This document shows positions 1 to 9,084 of a stretch of DNA of 13,800 nucleotides, in pieces (the stretch's first letter is position 1; each line of letters begins with the position of its first letter). The notes under the pieces are model-generated. The model ran no database searches and was not told the origin of the DNA. It saw only the letters and a list, made by a program, of their open reading frames with translations. The stretch spans positions 1-13,800 of the forward strand of contig NW_021825968.1 in the NCBI RefSeq assembly GCF_006345805.1, in the 5' to 3' direction. The position numbers were made by a program, and so were the translations under genes. This DNA is from Octopus sinensis. Its lineage: Eukaryota.

Positions 1-68
1 ATGATGATGGTGGGTGATGGTGGTGGTGGTGGTGGTTGGTGATGGTGGTAGTGGTGGTAGTGGTGTAT

Positions 69-121
<53 letters not shown>
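1..121. repeat. Compound microsatellite: (GGT/GAT)n then (ATT)n
   Basis: Read directly: GGT/GAT-rich tract at 1-65 and a pure ATT run at about 71-121. Confidence 0.95.
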
Positions 122-231
122 TTAGTGTCGTTTTTCTGAAATCTTTCGTTAAACATCTTTGACCTCTTCAGTAACTCTGCATTCCACGTGTCTCGCCCTA
201 GTTCATTCAGTGAATGGACTAAACACATACA

Positions 232-270
<39 letters not shown>

Positions 271-274
271 CATA

Positions 275-413
275 TTCTTTTATTTTTTAATTGTTTCAGT
301 CATTTTTACTTCCGTCATGCCGGGGCACCACCATTACTCGAACAAATCGACTTATTCTTTGTAAGCCTGAGTAGTTATTCTATCGGAGTTTTTTGCCGAA
401 CCGCTACGTTACG
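275..413 (-). mobile_element. SINE family A, 3' fragment (diverged)
   Basis: Matches the reverse-oriented 3' part of the full-length copies at 11208-11851 and 12231-12686 (TTGTTTCAGTCATT...CTTATTCTTTGTAAGCCT...GCCGAACCGCTA-GTTACG). Confidence 0.9.
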
Positions 414-588
414 CTTGACAACCGATGCTGGTGTGTTTACGTCCCCGTAACTTAGCGGTTCGGTAAACGAGACCGATAGAATAAGTACTAGGCTTACAAA
501 GAATAAGTCCTGGGGGGGGAGGTCGATTTGCTCGACTAAAAGGTGGTGCTCCAGCATGGCCGCAGTCTAATGACTGAAACAAATAAAG
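412..588 (+). mobile_element. SINE family A, 3' fragment
   Basis: CGCTTGACAACCGATGCTGGTGTGTTTACGTCCCCGTAACTTAGCGGTTCGG...CCAGCATGGCCGCAGTCTAATGACTGAAAC is near-identical to 12507-12665. Confidence 0.95.
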
Positions 589-1554
589 ATGTCAGTATGT
601 ATGTATGGATGGATGTGTGTATGTATGTAGGGAGAGAAAGAGAAAGAGAAAGAGACAGAGAGAGATTTCTCAATTTATTTCGGACGCTACCACTTCACTT
701 TATCAATTAATCTACCGGGTGGGATTTAGAAAAGCACGAATTTGTCAGACTGCTGCTGCTGTTGCTGCTGTTGCGCCCTCTGCTGCTGCTGTCATGTTCT
801 ACTCTGTCACGCCCTCTGCAATAATCTCACTACTTTTATCACTCCTCTAACTACTCTCATCGTAATTCCTCACCCACCCCCCCTCCGTTATACTCTCACA
901 ACTAGTTCCACTGTCACTTCTTTTCTTGCACTGAATTATTCATATAAGAATATTGAATTGCTGTTTACTTTTAAAACTAATCCAACTAGTCTTTTTTTGC
1001 GGCTTTTTCCTCTTTTTTTTTTTTGACGGGTTGTTATTTCCTCTGTTTTGTGTTAAAATCATTTTATTCCCTTCTCTTTCCCACCTCATTCCTCCACCCA
1101 TTTCTTTCCCCCCATTCTATCGGATTCTATGGTTTTTTCTTAGTCTTTCTTTTACTCCCAAACATCATCTCTATATTTTCCTATCTCGCTTCGTTTTCTG
1201 CGTCGACGCCCACATTATTTTTCCATCATTCTTTAATCAAATTTATCTTACACCAAATACCCATTAACTCCATCAAATATATTTAAACTAAATAATATAA
1301 AAAAGAAGAGTGTTTCTCCTCGAGTTTTCTCTTTCCTCTTCAGTCAGTTTTGCCCTATCTAGTAAACTTCCTCTCACTGACTAGTGGGCCTCAAAATCAA
1401 TACCAGCGGCGTACATAATACGGCTTTTACTTATTAGCTTCACTTGCTACTTGCTGCAATCTATATTATTCTGCAAATACAGAGATCGTGTTCCTTTTCC
1501 AGAATGTTTGTGTAAATCAATGTTTATTGTATTTTACATACTATATCTTCTACA

Positions 1555-1778
1555 ATATACACATATATATATATATATATATATATGCATATATAAATTA
1601 AACACTCACACACACGCATACCTATCTGTATATCAAATATCACACATTATATATATATATATGGTGGGGTATATATATGTATATATATGGAGTATATGTA
1701 TATATGTGTGTATAAATATGAGTGTATATATATATATGTATATATATACATATATATATATAATTATATAATATATAT

Positions 1779-1823
<45 letters not shown>

Positions 1824-2123
1824 TATATATATAACTACATATATATATATAATATATATATATATATATGGTGGGGTATATATATTTATATATTGTGTAA
1901 TAAATATGAGTGTATATATAATAAATATATATTATATTATATATGTATATATATACATACATATATATATATATATTCAAATAGTTATTCACATATATTT
2001 AAATATATATATATACGTATATGTGTATATACAGATAAGTATGCGTGTGTGTGAGTGGTTTTGTAAAAAATATATGTGTTTGTGTGGGTGTGGTTACATA
2101 TATGTATATATATATATTATATA

Positions 2124-2170
<47 letters not shown>

Positions 2171-2225
2171 ATGTATATGTATTATGTGTAATATACAGAA
2201 ATGTATTCCTGTGTGTAAGTGTTTG

Positions 2226-2263
<38 letters not shown>

Positions 2264-2300
2264 TAATTTCAATATTTATTCATTCATATATCTATATATG
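1555..2300. repeat. Large compound (TA)n/(TG)n/(CA)n microsatellite block
   Basis: About 750 bp dominated by TA dinucleotides. It is the source of the spurious YIYIY ORFs. Confidence 0.95.
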
Positions 2301-3087
2301 GTTTAAATAAATTGCACTTAGGAAATATTGTGTATCATAATCGTGTCCGATATTGAGTTGGGAGAATAGCAATGAAATGTTTTCGCTTCTGATTTCAGCC
2401 AGCACTAGATTTCTCAACGTTTACATCTGGTAAATATTTGATGACATCGAAGTTAATAAATAGATACAAATATGAAAGGCAGAAACCTATAACCTACAAT
2501 ATACTAGACAGTTTTTCTCTCGATTCCATTATCTAGTTTCGTTCTACGTCGATTGGTCAAAGAAGTCCTTCTCAGTCGATCTCTGCCTCTTACGTCAATA
2601 CTTGCTGTGCACTAACGAGATATCTTGTAGCGGTCTCTTGATCTGCTTGAAATAGCAACAAGATTTACATTTTAATTATATAACACCATTTTAAAAATGA
2701 AAAAAAAATAACCTTAATCTATCTCAAATCCTCCAAAAAGCAGATCGTAATGCCTTAGAAAAAGGTACTATATATAATGTGGTCATAGTTCCGTGAAGAT
2801 AGGAAAAAGACAGAACGGTCGCGTCAGGGCTAGAATGCCTCTCACAATAAATCTGCTTTGTAAGTAGTTATCTAGAAAAAAAATAAGTGTAATAATCCCT
2901 AAAATATCGTGTCGTTCCAGTTCTGGAATTATAAATTTAATTGAGTAAAGTGTTAAAATTTTCCAAGTTCTTGTTTGAGGTTGGAAAAAAAAAAAATACT
3001 GCTGGTGAAGTATGATTTTATTCTTCCCACATCTAAAAAGGAAACCAAATTCTCAAGGCCACTATTTGAATATTAAATTAGTAACAG

Positions 3088-3119
3088 TGATGACGATGAT
3101 TATGAGGAGGAGGAGGAGA

Positions 3120-3154
<35 letters not shown>

Positions 3155-3390
3155 ATATATTAGTGACTTTAGATAGAACTAAATTTAAGAACTTTGGCTA
3201 CAGATTGCTGCTATTTTCGCTCGATATTTCCTGCTTCCGTTGATTTCAAATAGCGCGTTCACATCTGCAATATTTTTGTTTTCGACTGAAGTGTATGGCA
3301 TTATTGTTGTTGTCGTCGTCGTTGTTGTTGTTGTTGTTGTTGTTGCTGCTGCTGATGTTTGTTTGGGGTTTTTTGTTGTTGTTGTTTTTT
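3088..3390. repeat. Trinucleotide microsatellites (GAT/GAG)n at about 3088-3150 and (GTT/GCT)n at about 3300-3390
   Basis: Read directly. Confidence 0.9.
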
Positions 3391-3662
3391 ATTTTTAGTT
3401 GGGCGTATTTCGTCAAGCGATCTAATGTGAATTTTTACAAGCGAAACATTTTGTTTGTAATGCAGAACTTCTAAAGAGAGGCGAAAGAATTTTCATTTTT
3501 TTTTTTCATTTTTTTTCCCCATCATCTAAGGAACAGAGAAGACTTAAATTTGCATACACACGGGAAAAAAAAACATGCGACAACAACCCTATGCACAAAA
3601 TAAATTTAAACGAAAAGTAGAGATCGTCATAGAAACAAAAAAAAAATGCAAAACAAACAAGT

Positions 3663-3823
3663 GCAGGTGTGATTATGTAGTAAGATGTTTGTTTCTAAGT
3701 CACAGTGTTCCGGGGTTCGATCCATCTGAGCGGTATTTTCGGTAAGTTTCTTCTCGTATAGCCTCGCAGTGACCAAAGCCTTGAGAGTTACTTTGGCAGA
3801 GGGAATTGAAAGAAGCCTGACGT
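3663..3823 (+). mobile_element. SINE family A, old 5' fragment (tRNA-like head)
   Basis: Aligns loosely with 11208-11339 plus 11563-11592: B-box-like GGTTCGATCC at 3713-3722, then TATAGCCTCG, GACCAAAGCCTTG and TGAAAGAAGCC. Confidence 0.75.
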
Positions 3824-3840
3824 TGTGTGGTCTGTGTAAC

Positions 3841-3850
3841 GATATATATA

Positions 3851-3884
<34 letters not shown>

Positions 3885-4030
3885 ATATTTACTTACATAT
3901 ATTCGTGTGTGTGTGTGTGTATTTGTATATACAGATATGCATGCTTGTGTGTGAGTGTGTTTGTAATTTTATAAATACACACACACATATATATATATAT
4001 ACACTACTACTACTACTACTACTACTAATA
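3841..4030. repeat. Compound (TA)n/(GT)n/(CA)n/(CTA)n microsatellite
   Basis: Read directly. Confidence 0.9.
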
Positions 4031-4203
4031 TAGGATAAAAAAATTTTTCCAGAAAAAAACTTCATCAAAAGTGGCAGCATATTAAAATACCTTTAAAGCT
4101 GAAAATTATACGCAATTTATAAACAAGGGCAAAAGAAAAAATATTTGTATGCCAATGTACTGAGAATAGATTGACGATTTAAAGTCTATTCTCAGTATAT
4201 TGG

Positions 4204-4345
<142 letters not shown>

Positions 4346-4384
4346 GGTATTGCGTTGGTAAATGTTGGTGTGTATGTATGTGTA

Positions 4385-4550
4385 TCTGCGTTTGTCTCCC
4401 TTCACCTCTTGACAACCGTAACTTAACGATTGGACAAAAAAGAAAAACCCTGATAGATTAAGTATGAGGCATTAAAAAAGAACAAGTACAGGGATTAGTT
4501 TTCTTCGACTAAAATTGCTTTGAAGGGTGGAGTGCAACAATTCGACCACA
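4385..4550 (+). mobile_element. SINE family A, degraded 3' half
   Basis: TTTGTCTCCC...CTTGACAACCGTAACTTAACG...GATAGATTAAGTA...TCGACTAAA resembles the A 3' half with an internal deletion. Confidence 0.65.
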
Positions 4551-4574
4551 GTGTTTATTGTTTTTCAAACATGA

Positions 4575-4756
4575 TACTTATTCTTATCAATCGCTTTTTT
4601 CGACCCGCTATGTATCAGGGGCACACACAAAGCAAAAGCAACTGTCAAACAGTGATGTGGGTAAAACACACACACACACATGTATATATACGACAGACTT
4701 CTTTCAGTTTCGATCTACCAGTTCCACTCACAAGGCTTTGGTCGGGTTGTGGCTTG
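4575..4756 (-). mobile_element. SINE family A, degraded central fragment
   Basis: ATATACGACAGACTTCTTTCAGTTTC...CTACCA..TCCACTCACAAGGCTTTGGTCGG matches 10061-10125. Confidence 0.8.
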
Positions 4757-5089
4757 AGAAAAGGTCGGATGAACGTGGAATATATGTTTAAGAAGCACAC
4801 TTCTTACCAAACCAAACGTCCATGCCTGCGCCAATATATAAATATACTCATAAACACACATATACACATACATATGTGTGTGTGCGTGTGCATGTGTTTA
4901 TATATATATATATATATATATAAAAAACACACACATATATATATATATGTATGTACATGTATATATATATATATATGAGTATTATGGATATATGTATGTG
5001 GGAGTGTATATATATAATATATATATAGAATATATATTATATATAGTATTAGTTAATAGGAGATGGATTTCGTATTAGACGTTTATTGG

Positions 5090-5132
5090 GTACAACATGT
5101 TTTGAGCTGTCTGTCTGGGTTTCTTCTGGTAC
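5090..5132 (-). ncRNA. Decayed hammerhead ribozyme (antisense counterpart of 5220-5264)
   Basis: Minus strand reads GTAC-CAGAAGA-AACC...GCTC-AAAA-CATGT-T-GTAC. Stem I (GTAC/GTAC) and palindromic stem III (ACATGT) are retained, but U4, G12 and stem II are mutated, so it is predicted inactive. Confidence 0.7.
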
Positions 5133-5219
5133 TTTGATAAAGATGCCTCAATTGTTGTTATATTGGAATATAACAGGCCAGCCGATAATAAAGATCTCTA
5201 GTAAGACATCTTTATCAAC

Positions 5220-5264
5220 GTACCTGATGAGACCAGGACTGATGGGTCGAAACATATGTTGTGC
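5220..5264 (+). ncRNA. Minimal type I hammerhead ribozyme (intact core)
   Basis: Stem I GTAC(5220-5223)/GTGC(5261-5264) with one G-U pair. Core CTGATGA (5224-5230). Stem II GACC(5231-5234)/GGTC(5245-5248). GAAA (5249-5252). Palindromic stem III ACATATGT (5252-5259). GUH triplet GTT, with predicted cleavage 3' of 5260. All canonical core residues are present in the correct register. Confidence 0.85.
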
Positions 5265-5444
5265 CTCATAAAGGTCTAATACGAAATCTCTCACCTATTA
5301 ATTAATACTACTACCTTAACTGCCACTGCGAAGTTCCTGAAATAGATCCAACGGAAGTGTACCATAACTGCGGATGCCAACAGGTAGCCTAAACTGTGCC
5401 GGTGCTCTCCTCAACGTTTAAAAACACAAATCGACTTACCAAAA

Positions 5445-5446
<2 letters not shown>

Positions 5447-5518
<72 letters not shown>

Positions 5519-5609
5519 TACTACTACTAATTATTATTATTATTATTATTATCATTATAATTACTATTACTATATATTATTATTATTTTATTATTATTAT
5601 TAGTAATTA

Positions 5610-5645
<36 letters not shown>
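5447..5645. repeat. (TTA)n microsatellite, interrupted
   Basis: Read directly. It abuts the 3' end of the LINE fragment at 5646. Confidence 0.95.
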
Positions 5646-5646
<1 letters not shown>

Positions 5647-6028
5647 TGTTTGACTTTTGTTTACATTTTGTACAAGTTGACTCCAAGTCTCACCCGGAGA
5701 CCTCAAGAGACAACAGGTTGGAAGTTCATGTTGTTGTTATGCCTAGTGTGCCATATATTTTGGGGTTTTTTTGTGTTGTACTAGTGAATGTAAAAAAAAT
5801 CATGTTTGTTTTAAGATTACATGTTTGAGATTACATAGAAAGTATTTTGTGTAGGATATGAGCAGTTCCCATGAGCACTATCTTTTGAATTTATGCCATT
5901 TTGGGGTTTCCTGGTACCTGAGTTAGGTAGCAATCAACCCCTTTTGCTATCTATGACAGCTATGACAACAGGCATTATTTTAGTCTTAAGGTTCCACATT
6001 TTGCTGATTTCTATTTCAAGATCTTTAT
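5646..6028 (-). mobile_element. 5'-truncated 3' end of an RLE-type non-LTR retrotransposon (Hero/R4-like)
   Basis: The minus strand across one frameshift reads KDLEIEISKMWNLKTKIMPVVI / IAKGVDCYLTQVPGNPKMA*IQKIVLMGTAHILHKILSM* (stop at 5833-5831). This matches the KY.DL..EI..MW...T..PV(V/I)IGALG...QK..L.GTA.ILRK C-terminus of Hero-like LINEs. A 3' UTR with a GTCTC/GAGAC hairpin (5685-5703) and (AAT)n follow. Confidence 0.85.
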
Positions 6029-6030
6029 TA

Positions 6031-6091
<61 letters not shown>
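6025..6091. repeat. (TTA)n microsatellite
   Basis: Read directly. It flanks the 5' truncation point of the LINE fragment. Confidence 0.95.
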
Positions 6092-6094
<3 letters not shown>

Positions 6095-6276
6095 AGTCTG
6101 CATGTATGTATGCATACACACACACATTCATATTCTCTGTTGGTGAAAATAAGAAAACTTAAACATTGTGTCTGGTTGTGTCATCCAAATGTGCATGTAT
6201 TCTGCAATGCTTTTACCGTTTATTTCCTTGTATATTTTTATTTTATTTTATTTTAACTATTCCATTTTAATGCAAT

Positions 6277-6640
6277 CGTGGCACACCGTCGGTTACGACG
6301 ACTAGGGTTCCAGTTGGTCCAATCGACGGAACAGCTTGCTCGTGAAATTAATGTGCAAGTGGCTGAGAACTCCACAGACACGTGTACCCTTAACGCAGTT
6401 CTCGGAGAGATTCAGCGTGACGCAGACTGTGACAAGGCTGGCCCTTTGAAAAACAGGTAGAACAGAAAGAGGAAGAAAGAGTGAAAGAAAGTTGCAGTGA
6501 AAGAGTACAGCAGAGTTCGCCACCACTCCTGATTGAGCCTCGTGGAGCTTTGGGTATTTTCTCACAATAAACACTCACAACGCCCGGTCTGGAAATCGAA
6601 ACCGCGATCCTACGAACCGCGAGTGCGTTGCACTAACCAC
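6277..6640 (-). mobile_element. tRNA-derived SINE family B with 10-bp target-site duplication
   Basis: Perfect direct repeat TTAATGCAAT at 6267-6276 and 6641-6650. Minus-strand head GTGGTTAGTGCAACGC...GGTTTCGATTTCC (partial A-box, B-box). Positions 6497-6640 align with 11403-11545. Confidence 0.9.
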
Positions 6641-7208
6641 TTAATGCAATACATCATCTCTGTTGATGTATTTAGGGTATCTTTAACTGAAATATACCAT
6701 CGTATATCTTCTTTGCTTTAAACATTTAAATACGCCAGTTGTTTTTACTTAAAAATTATACACTACATATTACCACAACAATAATATATTATATTTCGGA
6801 TAGTATTTCCGCGTTTGCTTTTCTTTTTTCCTGTATTCTCATTCTAATGCTATAATATTAACAACATTTATGTCTTCATCCAATGAAATAAATAAATGAC
6901 AACTTCCTAAGTTGTTACAGTAGTGTCTGTTACAGCTACCCTATTTGGGAACCGATACCTTTGAAAAGAAAATATGAATTGATTTCCCTCTAAAAATATT
7001 AATGTCTCTCTTGAATAAACCTAGACGCTGCTTCCTGCACTTGAATGCCAACGACATGGTTTTCAAAGTAAAAATTAATATAGCTAACATATGACAAAAC
7101 GGAAGTAGGTTTAACTCTGACTAAGATATTGACTGCACAATATATTTGACGTCTGTATGTATCATAAATGTATTTGTACATCTTAGTACACACACACACA
7201 CACGCACA

Positions 7209-7248
<40 letters not shown>

Positions 7249-7251
7249 CAA

Positions 7252-7498
7252 TTTTATTCATATACTCGTTTCAATCTGCGGCCATACAGGAGCACCACCT
7301 TGAAGAATTTTCGTCGAACAAATCGACTCCATTACTCTTTCTTTTGTTTTTGTTTTTTGTTGGTTTTTTTTTGTTTTAGCCTGTTACGCTATCGATATAT
7401 TTTGCCAAACTGCTAAGTTACGGGGACGCGAACACGTTAACGGCAGCAGTTGTTAAGCGATGGCGGGGGACAAACACACACATACGCACGCACACACA

Positions 7499-7535
<37 letters not shown>
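7252..7535 (-). mobile_element. SINE family A, 3' half (diverged) ending in its internal (CA)n
   Basis: CTGCGGCCATACAGGAGCACCACC...GCTAAGTTACGGGGACG...TTGTTAAGCGATGGCGGGGGACAAACAC matches the other A copies. Confidence 0.8.
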
Positions 7536-7543
<8 letters not shown>

Positions 7544-7544
7544 G

Positions 7545-8034
7545 GAAAATTGCTGTGAACAATACGAAACAGAGGCTGTGATTCAGAATAATAATCAGCG
7601 CTTTATGAGATTTTTCCGTAGAAACTAAACGCAGTATTATAGCAAGGAGACCATACATGATCGTATAGGACAGAAAAAAAAAACAACCACCGAGGGATTA
7701 TAGACTTCGCAATCTTATATATTAGTAGAGTGCATATATAAAAAAAAGAAACTTGAGAATATTGGCAAATATCAGTATTTAGGTACAGAGAGAGAGAGAG
7801 AAAAGAGATTATGGAGCACAAAAATGTGATTATCGGTGCCTTTGGTACAACAACCAGATTGCTTCTTAAAAGTCTGAAGCATACAGGAATTGAGACATAT
7901 TTTGTCGACTTGCAGAAAATTAGCATCCTGTATCCAGCAAGAATTCTCAGAAGTATTCTTGAGATTTCAAAGACTAATTGTCACCAAATCTCAGGATAAC
8001 ATCCCTGCTAATTGAATAAGCATGTAATAGGGTT

Positions 8035-8036
<2 letters not shown>
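7545..8036 (+). mobile_element. Decayed 3' end of a second RLE-type (Hero/R4-like) LINE including the restriction-like endonuclease motifs
   Basis: Frameshifted translation: EAVIQNNN / L*DFSVETKRSIIARRPYMIV*DRK / IIDFAI..SRV / LENIGKYQYLG..KRLW / VIIGAFGTTTRLLLKSLKHTGIETYFVDLQKISILYPARILRSILEI. It follows the LWDF..T...I.ARRPD..V...IID.A.P...K..KY..L...LW...VIIGALG RLE pattern and ends in (AAT)n. Confidence 0.85.
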
Positions 8037-8091
<55 letters not shown>

Positions 8092-8113
8092 TAATAATAA
8101 TAATAATAATAAT
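8037..8113. repeat. (AAT)n microsatellite / LINE tail
   Basis: Read directly. Confidence 0.95.
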
Positions 8114-8138
8114 CTTATCATTATTCTCATCATCATAG

Positions 8139-8339
8139 TTTTTTTCTGCTATTGGCACAAGATTTGGAATTTTGGGGGAAGAGGTTATTCGATTACATCG
8201 ACTCCAGTACGTTATTGGTACACATTTCATTATCCCAAAAGGATGAAAATGCAAAGACGACTTCGGCGGAATTTGAACTGAGAACATAAAGACAGACGAA
8301 ATGCCGCTAAGCTTTTTGCCCAATGTGCTAAACGATTCC
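8139..8339 (-). mobile_element. tRNA-derived SINE family C, embedded in a (CAT)n tract
   Basis: Minus-strand B-box-like GTTCAAATTCC. The central part (rc of CGATTACATCGACTCCAGT...TGGTAC...AAAGGATGAAAATGCAAAG) matches 10997-11051. CAT repeats lie on both sides (8128-8136 and 8340-8373). Confidence 0.8.
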
Positions 8340-8340
8340 A

Positions 8341-8375
<35 letters not shown>

Positions 8376-8467
8376 CCATTCAAACTGACAGTAAGATAGA
8401 TGCGAATAGGCCAGACATTATATTGAAAGAACTTCAGACAAAAATCATGCCTCCTCATTGATTTGAC

Positions 8468-8562
8468 TGATGATGATGATGATGATGATGATGATAATGA
8501 TGATGAAGAGGAGGTGGAGGAGGAGGATGGCGACGACGACGACGATGATGATGATGATGACA
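8468..8562. repeat. (GAT)n/(GAG)n/(GAC)n compound microsatellite
   Basis: Read directly. It explains the poly-Ser and poly-His ORFs. Confidence 0.95.
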
Positions 8563-9084
8563 ACGTCCTTTATTTTTATTTGCCCTGATGTTGGGGGAAG
8601 AGGCTATCACAAAGATAGATGACATAAAGTGTAGAGATTTAATGAAATAGGATGAGGAGGGAGAAATGGTACAAGATGATAATATAACTGAAAACGAAGC
8701 TAATTGTAACAAATACAATCATTAGTTAGATGAGCTTTTAGAATTTGGACGGCATCCCGAAAGCATCACAATATATGGTTTGAAGCATCCTTTGAGCGGT
8801 TTAGATATCTGGAAAGCCCGAGCTCAGGCAACTTGAGGAAGAATAGGCGTGTGGAATTTGACACACCATTCAGTCAGGTAGATTTTCAGTAGATCTTCAG
8901 CACCTACTTCAATAATCCAGATCATGTGCCTAGTGGGGCAGCGATGATGAATAAGTAAAGATAAATTCATTTAATTATAGCATCATCATTTCTCCATTGA
9001 TAATCTATAAATAGCTTCTAGTAAATACAATCTAACATTTAGGGAAAAACATTTTTTTTTCAGGGATGTAGATTTCCTCGAGTG

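Larger units (their letters stand above)
5044..5310. mobile_element. Fold-back (inverted-repeat) mini-element carrying hammerhead motifs, probably derived from a Penelope-like element or retrozyme
   Basis: Left arm 5044-5148 and right arm 5204-5310 are reverse complements (85/105 identical plus one 2-nt indel by hand alignment). The 55-bp spacer holds a small hairpin at 5156-5175. The PLE assignment is inferred from the known association of minimal type I hammerheads with PLE pseudo-LTRs. Confidence 0.8.

Noticed and set aside
130-175. Minus-strand CTGAAGA-GGTC...TAAC-GAAA-GATTTC hammerhead-like spacing
   Set aside because: Stem II has only 2 of 4 pairs and stem I does not pair in register.
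199-221. 10-bp hairpin TAGTTCATTC-AGT-GAATGGACTA
   Set aside because: An isolated short hairpin with no U-tract, second copy or family context. It is compatible with chance.
1633-2310. Long ORFs of 119 aa and 207 aa, and the other YIYI, VCVC, THTH, poly-L, poly-S and poly-N ORFs in the track
   Set aside because: They are translations of di- and trinucleotide microsatellites, which lack stops in some frames. No domain content.
2590-2860. Possible degraded interspersed repeat (GATCTGCTTGAAATAGCA...TAGAATGCCT)
   Set aside because: It resembles a repeat I recall, but there is no second copy, TSD or Pol III box in the window to support it.
3548-3555. Octamer motif ATTTGCAT
   Set aside because: A single 8-mer in AT-rich DNA with no snRNA-type promoter context. 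Expected by chance.
6278-6578. Overlapping ORFs of 60-90 aa with plausible-looking composition
   Set aside because: They lie entirely within the TSD-bounded SINE B copy.
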